A stretch of DNA of 63,632 bases, filler included, from Reticulomyxa filosa (GCA_000512085.1; 21 parts of 21 records of this genome joined end to end with filler, not necessarily neighbours in it), one strand, 5' to 3'; counted from the first letter of the whole stretch, positions 23,874-37,507 are shown. The notes: generated from the letters alone by a model not told the origin. Translations and numbers: made by a program.

Positions 23874-24304
23874 TTTGTTTTAGCTTCCTTAATGAACCCA
23901 ATCGTTAGTAGACTTTTTCTTACTCTGTTGTTCTCCTGCTAAAAGTGCTTTAAAGCGATCGTTAAAAAAAAGGGTGGGCTAGGAAGTTATTTATTCTACC
24001 CATTTTGTCTATAAAGCTCTTTCTTACAAACTTTGGTTCCCGTTTTGTTTCGAAATCAAAACGGCCGCGTATTATTTTACAAAAAAGTTAGAAAAAGAAT
24101 ATATAAGAATTAATTTCCCTTTTGCAGCTTTCACACAAAGTGTATGCACAATTGATTGTACTTTTATTTTGCAACATTATATTCCGTCACCGAAGATGCA
24201 AAAAAAAAAAAAAAGGAGAAAAAAAAAGAATGCAGCCATTACAAGATTTTGCCATAATCAGACTTGAAGAAAAAAAAAAGAGATTGACCCCAACACCACC
24301 AAAA

Positions 24305-25072
24305 TTATCGTTTTGGCGTTGGTGGAAGGACCTTGTTGACTATTGACGTCTTATATCTCGATCCAGTGGACAACACATTCATTCGAAATTTATGAGATGA
24401 AATTTCAGTTCCAATCTCATAAAATGGATTTAACACATATCGTGAGTATTCATCGTGTACTGCTTCCAGCAACTATATTTCAAGAAGTTTGCATTTCAGA
24501 TTCAAAAAAAAAATTTTCTTTTTTTAATGTTGTTGTTCGTAAAATGAAAAAAAAAAAAAAAAAAAGAAATGTAATATCAAACTGTCTTGAGCTCAGTCTC
24601 ATTGACGGGTACGTCTTTTACGATTGCAATAATAACAGTGTTTGTATTGGTTACATAACCGTATGTTTGATGCCCATTGACTGAAGTTAACAAGCCTATA
24701 TATCGGCTCTGCTTCAAGGGTTGTACATTTTTACTTGCTGAATTTTAATATACATATATATATGCATATTTCTTTTTTTGCTTTGTTTTGATTAAAAACA
24801 CACACAAAATATGCCTTTGTTTTTCACTGCCGAAATCGATTGTCGCACAATATCATTATAAAGATTGTCGTTTTCTGGTACGATAAATGCATTCAAAAAT
24901 ATTGTTTCGCGGTCTTTCTAATTTTTTTTTTTTTTTTTATGTGTTTTTGTTTTGCTTACAAAGTTGTGGGCGTCTGTTCTTGACAAAGATGATGAGCCTA
25001 ATAAACTGAATTAGCAAGAAGCGCTATTCCACAAAGGGCAGGCTCAAGAAATATTTGGGTTTGTTTGGCCAT
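24305..25072 (-). CDS. TRAPPC2L: Sedlin family, TRAPPC2L-like TRAPP subunit
   Basis: Four short exons assembled by hand: MAKQTQIFLEPALCGIALLANS / KDRETIFLNAF...IVRQSISAV / RYIGLLTSVNGHQTYGYVTNTNTVIIAIV / LLEAVHDEYSRYVLNPFYEIG. YGYVTN and NPFY are sedlin signatures. Not in the ORF track. Confidence 0.75.
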
Positions 25073-25514
25073 TATTGTCAGATATTATTTTTGGGGAGTT
25101 CAATAATTCCACTTCTGACGTTTTTTGACAAAAAAACTTGATCAATACTGTGGTCTATTAACGATATGATATACAATAACTATGACTCAATTTAATAGAG
25201 GAAGAGCGTGTTACACTACAAAATCTGTCATCTAGGGAAGCATGTAGAAAACATATTAAAAAATCCTAATGGGATCATGTTTTTCGAGTGAAGAAGTTTA
25301 GTGAAGAAAAGGTAGTATTTATGATGTCGAAACTGTATTTTTTGCCAAAACCCAAAGCCCGTTTTTCAGCAGAGCAAAAAATGTGAACGTAACAATATTT
25401 TGTATCGCACTGGGCGAGCAAATGGTTATGAGGCGTTCATTCAGAGTGGCACCACTCCTTTCTCTCTTTGCCTCTGTTCTCTCCAAGTGAACTAAGAAAT
25501 AAAAAAGTACAATT

Positions 25515-26557
25515 TTACGCTTTACGCAGACTTTGAAAAAAATTTTTGGACTTTAATGCAGGCTTTTGTTCTAAACAGTGATCGTCATTGTCAATGTCAG
25601 AAGGATGATCGGCATTACCATTCCCTTCATCATCATCATCATCATTATTATTATTGTCATCATTGTCATCATCACCTTCCTCCTCGTCATCGTCATCGTC
25701 ATCGTCGTCATCATCATTCTCATTGTCATTATCACTGTCCTTGCCATCTCCATCGCTGTCTTCCTCATTCTCTTCATCCTCGTCGTCATTATCACTCGTC
25801 TTGGCATTGTCATCGCCATTGTCATATTTTTCATCTTCACTCTCATATTTTTCGTCTTCCTCATCTTCGTCTTCGTCTTCGTCTTCTTCTTCTTCTTCTT
25901 CGTGTCTGTTGTGCACAATTCTGGAAATTTGTTGTCGTTGCTCTATTTCCTTTTTAATGATCGACGCGGAGACCTGAATGCCTTCCCATTCTTGATCTGT
26001 CAACATCATACACGTTTCACTCTTTGATTTGTTGTCCCAATCAAAATTGACAGTTTATCAATTTCCAGAAAATTTGGTCCTTATTTTTTTTTTTTTTTCG
26101 TTTCGTTTCGTTTTATCATCCAAAATATAACTTCAATACATACATATAAATAAAAACAACTACACAAATAAAATAAAATAAAATAAAAAATACTTGGAGT
26201 TTTCAACACATAAAATACCACGTTGTCATCGTCCAACTTCAATTCTTGAATTGATTTGTTTTCGTCCAAAATATGTTCCTTATTTGTTACGATGGTTCGC
26301 AATTGGATATCCGATGGCTCCACATTTATTGCCTCACCCAGTCGCGCTTTCAACAATGCCAATATTTCCTTTTTTTTGGTGGTCAAAAATACCGTACATT
26401 TTTTGCTATGTGTTTGCAAAGGTTATTTCAATGAACAGTGAGAGGCCATTTCTCAGCGTTTGTGTCTTTTTTTTTTGGATTTTTTGATTATATTTTAGTC
26501 CATAATTCAAAGATCAAACACACACCGTTTGAAGCGGAGATACATACTTGACGACAT
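25515..26557 (-). CDS. Elongin-B-like ubiquitin-fold protein with long acidic C-terminal tail
   Basis: Exons MSSSMYLRFKR / KKCTVFL...LKARL...VEPSDIQL...ILDENKSIQELKLDDDNVVFYVL / QEWEGIQV follow the Elongin-B-like pattern. About 110 D/E/N-rich residues follow. Confidence 0.65.
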
Positions 26558-26784
26558 TTTTCAAATTATCAACGCAATTGATGTTCAACTTGAAAAAGGG
26601 GCGTCATGCAAACCCCTTTTCTTTATCCGCAAGTAAGCTTTTGTACGTTACGCGTTTTGATATAATAATACTTTTTGAAGAAAACTTACCACGTGCTTGA
26701 CCTTTTCTTTGTGTTTTCTCTTTTTTTTTGAGCAACAAGAGTTTTTTAGTGCTGTGTGCCTAGTTCATTAAAAACATAGGCCTA

Positions 26785-28603
26785 ATGAAAATCACGTGGT
26801 TGGCTTGCGTGTATTCATTGCTGTGTGGCTGTTATATCTCCTGTAATGGTCGTCTTCCAAATATATTTTTCATATTGGCAGATGATTTGGGTTGGAACGA
26901 CTTGAGCTACCACAATGGAAGTGATTTTGTAACGCCGAACATTGACACATTAGCATCGACAGGACTGATTCTAAACAACTACTATGTGCAGCACATTTGC
27001 TCGCCAACCAGGAGCGCATTGATGAGTGGTCGCTACCCAATTCACACAGGATTGCAGCATGGAGTGATTGCTCCGGACGCACCGTATGGTTTGCCATTGA
27101 ATGAAGTAATTCTCCCACAAGAGTTGAAGAGATCATCATCCGTCAACTACACGACCCATATGATCGGGAAATGGCATATCGGTTTTTTTGAAACCCCGTA
27201 CACTCCAAATATCCGAGGATTTGACACATTCTACGGATATTACTTGGGCGAAGAGGACTACTTTTATCACAACCGATCCTACGATGGCGTCAGTGGTTAT
27301 GATTTACGGAACAACCTTGCGCCAATCTACGAAGCCAACAATTATTCCACTTTTTTATATGGCAATATCACCAAACGTATTTTGGAAGACTATGTAAACG
27401 ACACCTCCGAAAACAAAAACCCATTCTTCATTTATTTGCCTTTCCAAGCGGTTCATGGACCAAATCAAGTCTAGTCAAACATGTATTGTATACAAACAAA
27501 TACGTATACATATATATATATACAAATAAATACGTATACATATATTTATTCCACTTTGTATTTGTGTAAGTGGTCCTTTTTATTTTTCTTTCCCTTTTCC
27601 TATAAATAGGACAAAAAAAAAAAAAAAAAAAAGGCACCGCAACAGTACGTTGAGAGATTTTCCAATATAACCAATAGTGATAGACAAATGCTGGCTGCAA
27701 TGGCGACAGTGATGGACGAGGTCGTAGGACAGTTGATCGAGACGCTGCATGAAACCAATTTGTGGGACAACACACTGGTCATCTTCAGTACGGACAATGG
27801 CGGCCCTCAAAGCTCGCAGCGGAACAACTATCCTTTGCGTGGCTCAAAAGCGACACTATGGGAAGGAGGCGTCCGCGGAGATGGCTTTGTCACAGGTGGG
27901 GTCTTAAACCCAAGTCGTCGTGGCCAAGTGTCCAATGAATTGATGCATGTTACAGATGTTATGTTCTGAATTTTTTTTCTGTGTAAATAAATAAATATGC
28001 ATATATGTACAAATATTGACATACATACATGTCTGTACATATAATTTTCAGTGGTTACCGACATTATGTGAGTGGGTCGGAGTGGCTCCGACAAATCCTG
28101 AAATTTTGGACGGACAATCGCAATATGAAATGATTCAATACGGAAAGCCATCGCCACGAATAGAAATATTGCATAATATTGATCCTGTGGATTGTGAGGA
28201 AATAATTTGTGGAGGCTTGCGCTATCAACAATGGAAGTTTGTGATTGGAACTGAAGTTATGTCAACCTCAGTCGATGACTCAGGGTGGGTCCCTTTGTCA
28301 GACGCAAATGAAACCCATCCTACCGTCCAATGCAATGGAAAGCAACCCGTATTCAATGCCAGCAGTGAGCTTTGTCCATTCAATGGCAAGGGTTGTCTAT
28401 TTGATATTATTAATGATCCTTGCGAATACAAAGACTTGTCTTTGGAATATCCTGATATTTATGATTTCATGCTCCAACGCTTGATTTTGTATAATCGATC
28501 TATGGTCACACCTCTGTTTTTGCTGTACCCTTCACAACCTGACCAAGCCAACCCTGCTTTGTTTGGCAACTTCTGGTCACCATGGGTCGATCAACAAGTG
28601 TAA
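26785..28603 (+). CDS. Arylsulfatase B-like sulfatase (secreted/lysosomal)
   Basis: Signal peptide, PNIFFILADDLGWND, formylglycine motif CSPTRSALMSGRY, GKWHIG, FSTDNGG, NYPLRGSKATLWEGGVR and HVTD/WLPTL. Three exons (26785-27468, 27634-27957, 28051-28603). Confidence 0.93.
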
Positions 28604-29163
28604 CTATTTTTCTTTTTTTTAGCCTTTCTTTGGTATATAACTATGCATTTCTTCTTTAAACAAAGTGTTGTTCGCTTTGCTTTTTCTTCTTACTTAAACA
28701 AATTCTACCTTAAATAGTGGCTAAAACTTCTAAAGATTAGCGCAAAAAAACTAAGAAGAAGAGTTTCAATGTTCACTTGGAAACTTCGTGACTAAACAGT
28801 ACGGCGTCGCCTTACACATTTTTTTTTTTTTGGTAAAGTTTTTTGCTCAACAAAAAAAAAAAAAATGATAAGATTGATCATGTCAAGAAATTCCTCCGTT
28901 AAAGGGATGTCTTTTTAGTCAATTTCTTGTCTTTTTTGTCATGTTTCAAAAGAGAAAAAAAAAATGTCATTTGAAAATTAATTAAAAGTTTTCTCAACAA
29001 AACTCACATATTGTAATGATTGTCCATTTTTTTTTGTTTTCACTATCTTTTCTTCTTTTTTTGACGATGTGACTTTAATGTAATTGGATTTCTCCAAAAA
29101 AAAAAAGTACACAGAGTATTCAAAAGCAAAGGAGTGAGAATCGTGTATACAAACAATTTAATG

Positions 29164-29836
29164 TTAATTGTCATCCTCATGTTCATCCTCGTCGTCACCG
29201 TACGTATACTCTTTCTGGAATGTCTGTAGCACAACCCAACAACACAATTCTTTTTTTGTGTGTATGTCCAAAAAAAGACAATATAAAAAAAAAAGAAACA
29301 AAAGACAAAATTAAGAATTAGTTTTTGGGATAACTTTTTTGTTGGTCAAAACAATAGCTTTTCCAATATGTCTAATCCAATCCTCTTTTTCACTTTCAGA
29401 GGTTGCGACAAACGAATGTCTCATATCCGTTGAGTAAACATCAAATGAATGTTTTTTATTTGTACTGTCTTCACTTGATTTTACCGATGAAAAGACTTTC
29501 AAATCAACAACTTCTGTTGGATTTTCATAGCTCTTTCCAAGAACCAAACAGAAAATATTTCTTTTTTTGTTTTATTTTGAAGAGGCAAATACAAACACAA
29601 TAACCAAACTTTTTCAGCTTTAAAAGTGTAAAGTACTGAGCCTTGTAATACTGCCCACCTTTTTCTCCAAACCCCCATATGACGGCCTTTTGTTTGTTGC
29701 ATGTACCATATGATTTGAAAATAAGAATTCGTTTTTTTATAAACCCTCCTTGTTTTGTTGTTTAACTTTTTTTCTCAACCCACCCTTCCTTTGTAGGATT
29801 GTTTATCATTATTGAATTGTTTTCTGATTGTGCCAT
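29164..29836 (-). CDS. Small single-PH-domain protein
   Basis: KEGWVEK / GRHMGVWRKRWAVL...LYTFK / FVATSESEKEDWIRHIGKAI, plus an acidic final exon TFQKEYTYGDDEDEHEDDN*. Confidence 0.85.
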
Positions 29837-30212
29837 TTCCGCTTGGTTTTCTTATGACACTTATTATGAATGATCGGAAATAATGATGGGACTAATCTCA
29901 AAAGGGGTTATAACTCTTATATTTTTACTTACTATTTTCGTCCATACGTCTTACACTCAAATTTTTTACGTATAAAACACAACATTGCTTTGAAAAAATT
30001 TACGATTGATTAAATTTAAAAAAACTTGAGAAAATTGGAAATAAATCTTAAATTTTTTTAAATGGCTTATTCGTCATAGCTAAAAAAGACGATAATGAAA
30101 AAAGGAGGATAAAAAAAAAAGGAACTAATTAAATAAAAAATGAAAAGAAAAAAAAAGGAATTAGTATCTCTTTTTTATTTTATCCAATAAAACTTTTCAA
30201 GAAGATAGAAAA

Positions 30213-31662
30213 TTAACGAAAATGAAGAGGCCTAACAGCCATAAAAGCCTCTAAAATATCATCAGTAACAAGTTTTCTATTTTCTTGGAATTTAAGAACA
30301 AAAGGGATTAAGATATCACATAATTTAGATTTAATATGTGAGCTTTGTAATTTTCCAGATTTATAATCATTTCCTAAAGAATGTAAAAGTTTATCATCTT
30401 TTAAAAAGAATGTAAGATATTGATAGCTAACATCAGAATCTAGATCAGCACCAAGAAGAGATTGTTTTTCTTCAGTATCTTGTCCACCACTAAAAGCATG
30501 TTTCATAATTTTATCACGAATTTGTTTTGGTGAATCACTTAAATAAATAGCACTATTTTCATCAGAAGCACTCATTTTCCCTTTTGGTCCACGTAAACTG
30601 GACATAAATTTACTATATAAGCATGAAGGTTTTTCTTCATTTAATTTTGGTGCTACATCACGACATAAACGAAAATATGGATCTTGATCAATAGCACAAG
30701 GAATTAAACATTTCATTTTTTTATTTCCAAATGGAATTGCAAATGTAGAAGAAAAAGCAGGAACAGTTTGTATTGGAGGATAAGCTATTTTGCCAATATT
30801 TGAACTATCATCAACACCAAATATTGCTTTCATTTGACTATATGTTATTTTTTCTTGAACTCTTATTGTATTTGGATATAAATATTTAATGTAATCAGTG
30901 TCAATGAAGATAAAAGTCTATATCAATATATTTGTATATACATATACATATATATATATATATTTTTTTTTTAAAATATTTTATTATTAAATATCAAAAT
31001 ATAATTTTTTTTTTTAAATAAATACCTTTGTAATATCAAAGCCCATTGCAATAATATCTTTTGCATTTTCTCTAGCCAATCGATATGCTTCTTCAATAGT
31101 TTTAATTTGTTCTTTTAAAAAAAATTTTTCATCATCTGTTATTTGAATTACTAATGGTACATTAAATGCTTCTTGTAAATGTTTATTAATAATAAATGGG
31201 ACAGTATGTCCTAAATGCATTGATTCGCTACTTGGTCCTTTATGTTATATATGTATATATGTATATATATATACTATCAATACATACATAAATTATCTAT
31301 AACTTACCTCGACCAGTATACAAATAGAAAGGCTCTCCTTTCTCATAAGCATCTAATATTTTGTCAAAATCTCTATGAGCGTAATACAATCCTCTTCGAA
31401 TCATTTCATGTGGTTTCTTTTTTGTTAATTTTTCAAATCTTTCTAATAAATTTTGAGTCACTAAATCACAACCAAATTGGGCACATAATTTATTATAATC
31501 TACTTTTCCTTCCACGTGATCACCTTGTACGGAAAATTCTTCCTTTTTTTCTGTAACAGTTTCCTGTTTTTTCGCAACTATTTTTTTTTTTACTTTTATT
31601 TTGTCTCTATTTTCTCTCTTTTTCTCTCTCTAAGATATATTTCAACTTACAGATGTTGTCAT
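30213..31662 (-). CDS. WARS1: Tryptophanyl-tRNA synthetase, cytosolic type
   Basis: [18 protein letters not shown] (HIGH-like), [27 protein letters not shown] (KMSKS-like) and HAFSGG. About 5 exons. Confidence 0.96.
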
Positions 31663-31958
31663 TCTTTTTAGTTTCTTGTCAAAATCTATTCAAAAGTAAA
31701 TCAAGTTTTAAGAAAAAGGTTTTAGAGGTTCAGGTCCACTTTTGTCAATTAGAATTTTGTTCTACAAACTATTAAATACTTAAATAAGTTTTAAAAAAAT
31801 CAAGTATTTAATAGTTTGAAAAGCAGCAAATCACTTTATTATACTTATCTTTGTTTTGNNNNNNNNNNNNNNNNNNNNNNNNNNNNNNNNNNNNNNNNNN
31901 NNTTAATTAATTAANNNNNNNNNNNNNNNNNNNNNNNNNNNNNNNNNNNNNNNNNNNN

Positions 31959-32948
31959 GTAGCTGCAGCGACTACCACTACCACCACCACTGCCAAAAAC
32001 AAATCGTCGCAATCCAAATATGGCGGATTGACTCCGCTCATGATCATTAGTTTCGTCTCAATTTTTTTGTTCTGCATTCATTCATATACATATACATTTA
32101 CATATATGCATATATATGTATATATTGTATTGACTTGTATTTGCAAGTAATCGTGCTGGGAATATTCTTTGGGATTTGTTGCGGCGTTCTGTTTTGCGCA
32201 GTGTTTTTGCATTACCAAGTGAGCAGGAGCACTGCTGTTGATGGCATTCATGTCCCCATGTGAATTTTCAATCACACATATGTTTGTGTCCTCCTGCTCC
32301 TCCCTCTTTTTGTTTTTACTTTTTTGTTTTTTATTTGTTTGTAATTCTTCCTCCTTTGTTCTCCTATTCCACTCTCTCTCTCTCTCTCTTTGCTTGTTTT
32401 CACTTGTTTGCGCATTTTGTGGTGTATGACTTTGATACCGTTAGAAGCAGCGGGAGCTCGGTACCAAACTTGCCTGGTCCAATTGTATGTACGGATTATA
32501 TAAGTACCCTTTTTTTTTAAAAAAAAAAAAAAAGAGGAGAGACTTTTTGAATGAGCATTAAAGGAATAGGAAAAAAAATAAAAAGAAAATCCAAACAAGC
32601 CACGCAGAAATATTGTACGACAAAATGGGTCGTCCTGCGGCGGTGCGAATGCACGAAGGAGGAATAGACGGACTTGGCAATGCAGGTCACATTGGCATGA
32701 CGACAGTGCCGGCGATCCTAAATCCTCAAACTGTGCAAAACGCTCCAAATCCTCAAAACACGACGACGAATAACCAAAAGGCGGTGCAGCCGCCACCTAG
32801 CCCTTCTCAAAGCGATCGCGCGAGCAACTCATCGTTGGAGTACTGGAACCATGCCCAAGAGTCCGCCGTCCAATCGAAGAAAGGTCGAAAGTCTAAGAAC
32901 CACGCAGTGAAGGCTATGATTCGGGTCCCTTCGCTCTCTTTGCCAGAC

Positions 32949-32989
<41 letters not shown>
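31959..32989 (+). CDS. Single-pass membrane protein fragment
   Basis: Thr-rich stalk, a TM exon (VIVLGIFFGICCGVLFCAVFL), then a polar cytoplasmic exon ending in poly-Q at the contig end. Confidence 0.45.
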
Positions 32990-33398
32990 NNNNNNNNNNN
33001 NNNNNNNNNNNNNNNNNNNNNNNNNNNNNNNNNTTAATTAATTAANNNNNNNNNNNNNNNNNNNNNNNNNNNNNNNNNNNNNNNNNNNNATTTCTTCGAG
33101 ACGTATCTAGACTTGAGCGAACAGCATATTGGACCAATACATCAAATTTCTGTGTGACAGGCGTATTGATGCATCAATCGATGTTTTCTTTATTATGTGC
33201 GACAATTTTATCAATATACAAAGCGAGTGATTCCACATGTTTTGGAGGCAGTAGCATGAAGATTCATCAATTTCATTTAAACTATGTTCAATGCTATTGC
33301 AATTGCCATTGACATTGTGAAAAGTGGACATTACTTTTTTGGCCAAAATGTCAATCAAAAACCCTTCATTGGCATTGCACGAGTTTGAGTCCAAAGCG

Positions 33399-34390
33399 TT
33401 ATGTTCTTGGCACTTTTGCAACTGAAGGCGAAACATGGCATCGCGCAAGCGCGGAGCACTTGCAGGCACCAGTCCCAGTGCAGAGGTTTTGGAAAACTGA
33501 CTTTTTCGACCACGAGCCAAAAATCTGATCGGTGAGAGGCGTTGCAGGCGGCACGTGTGTGTGCTTCTTTCGTGTATTGTCCATCGCACCTGCACCACGC
33601 GACTGCGTGATGCTGCGGAACAATTGATCCGTCAGCGGATGGCCGGGGTGGGGTCAGTGTCTTGGGTCGGACAAGACTATGGTCAGCTGCAGCACATTGG
33701 TCCACTTTTTATTTTTGTTTTGTTTTTTTTTGCAAGCGCTGGAGAACCTGTCGTGTTTCGGTGTTTGTCTGTCGGCTTTGTCCTTGTCGTGATGATGTGA
33801 GCTACAAAAGGAAGGCGACAGCGATAGCGATAACGATAGACGAAGAATAAAATCACTGGCCATGCTATGTTGCTCTCTGTCCTTCTCCAACTCATTGTTC
33901 TCATCCTCTTTCATGTTGCTCTTCTTTTTCTTCTTCTTCTGTCCAAAGTGCAAGTGCTTCTTGCAATCGCTCGTCACGTCGCTCTTCATTCGCTGGTACA
34001 GTCTCAGTCTTTCTTCGCGGTCGCCAGACGAACGAGGCGCAAATATCACCTTGCCATCAATGCGACCAGGGGATGAATAATTCAAGATGCTGCTGCTGCT
34101 CCCGTCCGTCAAACTTGAACTTGAGCTTGATGTTGATGCTGTTGTCATGGTTGTGCTGTTAACACAGGCCAAACACTCTTCTTCTTCTTCTTCTTCTTTT
34201 GATTCTGTATTGATCAATACGCTCTTTGCTGTGCTCAACTTGCCGTCTCTTGACATTGCTGGCGTCCCAAATGCTTCTCTCGCTGTTCTCTTGTCTTTGC
34301 TCTCCAGCTTGCTCTTCATTGTCGGAGTTTTCCCGCACGACAGTTCCATGTGACGAGCTTTGAATCCTCGGAATGCAATGGCAACATCTA
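33399..34390 (-). CDS. Hypothetical low-complexity protein fragment
   Basis: 231-aa ORF 33654-34349 with Ser/Glu/Lys tracts and GC-rich coding composition. The downstream exon structure is unresolved. Confidence 0.35.
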
Positions 34391-34774
34391 AAAAGGGCTT
34401 TTTTATTTTTTTTTTTNNNNNNNNNNNNNNNNNNNNNNNNNNNNNNNNNNNNNNNNNNNNTTAATTAATTAANNNNNNNNNNNNNNNNNNNNNNNNNNNN
34501 NNNNNNNNNNNNNNNNGTTTTACTTTTTAGAAGTGTTTGTCATAAGTTGAGTATTTATTCAGTGAATTGCAAATAAGTTCAGACTTTTTAAGATAGAATA
34601 ATATTGTTTCGGTGTGATGTTTTACATGTTTGTTATTTAATATTAAAACATGTTATGTAATGTATATTGCAATAAAAACATCACCAAGAAATCTCAATGT
34701 ATAATTGCCAAAAAATTATCCGGTTTGAACCAAACAAGGGAATAAAGGAGAAAATATTATTTGGTATTGTGAAT

Positions 34775-36120
34775 TTATAATTTTGATTGGGTTTTTATAC
34801 CTTCTGCGTACATTTGTTCAATTTCTTTTGCAAATTTTGTCCTGGCAACGTTTCGTTTTAATTTCATTGTGCTTGTCAGTAAACCATTTTCAACAGTAAA
34901 ATCTTCTTTTGTTAACACAAATTGTTTTACTTTTTCAAAGCCCTGCAATTTTTCCTTTTTGGCAATTCTTTCCATGTCTTTTTCGATTGCATTTTTTACA
35001 CCAGGTTCTTTTATCAGCGCATCCAGATTCTATTGTTCAACATAGATGTCCACGATTACTCTTAACAATACAAAAGAACACAAGTCTTAACAGTTGAAAT
35101 CGACTTTAGTCCGTTTTGCTCTGCCCATTTGGCAAATACTTCAGGATCAGGATAAACAATACCCACCAAATACGTTTGGTCACTGTTACCATGGACAAAT
35201 ATATTTCCTACATAAGGAGAGCGCTTGTATACACCTTCGATATATTCTGGGCGGATATACTCTCCTTGGGCGAGTTTAAAAATGTTCTATCATCATACAT
35301 ATGACAGTTAAGTTTGGTTTGCTTAGGAAATAGAAACTAAAGTAAGCAAACCCGATACCTTTTTTCTATCAATGATTTGTAATTTACCATCCCGTCTCCA
35401 TTTTCCAATATCTCCAGTGGCGAACCACCCATCATCTCTCAATACTTCTTTGGTTACCTCTGGGTTTCTGTAATATCCTTTGAACACTGATTCACCACGG
35501 ATCCAAATCTCTCCCCTTGGCTCTGGTTCGTCGGTTGTACTATATATTGTGCGACAACCGCATATGTCAACCAAAGCATGACAATGTCTCAGCATACAAG
35601 ACAACACTTAACAAATAATTCATGTCATCCACGTTCATCAATTTTACTTCCACACTTGCGCCAGCGCTTCCGACGTGTCCATAAGTATTTCTGTCTTCGG
35701 CTTGCGTTGCAGTACCAGTGGCCCATGTTTCTGTTAATCCATAACCTTCTGCCAAATCTTCAGCAAAGATTCTTTCCCAGCCAACAGCAAAAAAAATCAA
35801 TTTACAAAACCAACAGCGATTATTTGACAGTTGCGTCACAACATAGGCATCTCAAAAAAACAAACAAACTCAACAATCTCAAGAAATCAACCGTAGTCCT
35901 TGACAATGGGGCAGATCCACTAGCGGCATAACGGACTCTCCCGCCAAATGCTTGTCGAATTTTCGAGAAAACTAATTTGTCCCATACTGCTGGTGTTGGC
36001 TTTCCTTCTTTTACAGCTTCCGCTTTTGCTGACAAGGCTTTTTGAAACAACCACTTACGTACTGTACTTGCGGAACGGACTTGAGACATTATTCGGTCAT
36101 GAAACTTTTGATACAATCGA
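34775..36120 (-). CDS. Long-chain acyl-CoA synthetase (ACSL/LACS), C-terminal half, with PTS1
   Basis: FGGRVRYAASGSAPL, EGYGLTET, PRGEIWIRGESVFKGYY, DGWFATGDIG, IIDRKK, FTVENGLLTSTMKLKR; ends in SKL*. Confidence 0.93.
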
Positions 36121-36283
36121 CTATTTCATTTGCATGAGAGGGCCATTGTGAATATGTGTATTACGTTTTTTGGTTTTTTTTTTNNNNNNNNNNNNNNNNN
36201 NNNNNNNNNNNNNNNNNNNNNNNNNNNTTAATTAATTAANNNNNNNNNNNNNNNNNNNNNNNNNNNNNNNNNNNNNNNNNNNN

Positions 36284-36319
<36 letters not shown>

Positions 36320-36359
36320 CAAAACAAAACAAAAAAATACCTCCCCTTTTTTTTTTAAG

Positions 36360-37507
36360 TGTGGCAACACTTTGATATGCGACTGCGATAGAAAGCACAG
36401 GACGAAAAAGTAAATAGTGAACAGACGTCGCAGTCGGAACAACGACGAGAACAAAAGCAAAAGGAAGAAGAAGCCGAAATCATCGAAATGGGCCGTGAAA
36501 ACCACAGCGACAGCGAAAATGATGTGGAACATAAGTCAAGTGAACCCAAACTCCCTCCTCCTATCCCCACCAGCGTCTTGGCCAATATCAACGAAAAACG
36601 AGGCTTGCTGCTGCCGTCGCATTGTCAAATGCTCTTCGTGCCTATCGACAATACCGAATACTTTGTCAAACACATTGAAATGTTTCAAAATGTTTATGGC
36701 ATTGATATGTCTAGATTACAGTTTTCTTATTATTTTTTATTTTTTATTTTTTATTTTATTTGATTTTTTATTTTTATTTTTTTTTTAATTTTGTAAAGAA
36801 CAGAGGCGAGGCAAGAGTTTTTGGGAAAAGCCATTTTTCATGTAGAAGTCAAGCCTGAACATTTGTTGGCAACACCGCAAAAAGTAATGGACTTTGATAT
36901 GTATACCGTCACGGAGTCATGGTTTGAAGTTAACTTACTATTATATTTTTTTTCCTCTGCTCGTCTTGCCTCACAATACATACATGTGTGCAAACTAACA
37001 CAGTCTCAAATATGGGAAATGGAATTCGTCATGGACAAGGACGGCTCGTTTTGTGGCTTTGCGGGTGGTTTGATGTATATTTAGGCCACCCTTGGCAATC
37101 ACCGAGGAAGACAAGGAAATACAAAAGTCGATCGAGTCTGTCGTTCTATCTACTTCTCCAGAGCATAAGTTTGGCTGAAACATTCACTCGAATTTGCATA
37201 CTTGCAAGAGGCTGAAAAAAAAAACAAAAAAAACAGAGGCAAAAATAAACCATATTTTTTTAAAAAAAAAAGAGTCGTTTGCCACTTTTATATATAATAT
37301 ATGTGTGCACTCTTTTATGATAGGCGTACTCATTGGAGCCAGTGCCAATTTTTCATGAACAGTCGCTGCGACGTCAAAAAAGGGGATAAGGTGCAATGCA
37401 CATGCCATTTTTTCCGAAACAATTACCTGAGAAGACATTTTCGTCTGTCGGTTGATTGTCATGTTAACGGGATTCAATTTCGAAAACTCTTTTTCTTGTG
37501 GGCATAA
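36360..37507 (+). CDS. Protein arginine methyltransferase, C-terminal beta-barrel part
   Basis: GLLLPSHCQMLFVPI, NVYGIDMS, FCGFAG, and the spliced STSPEHK/RTHWSQ (THW loop). 5'-truncated. Confidence 0.8.
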
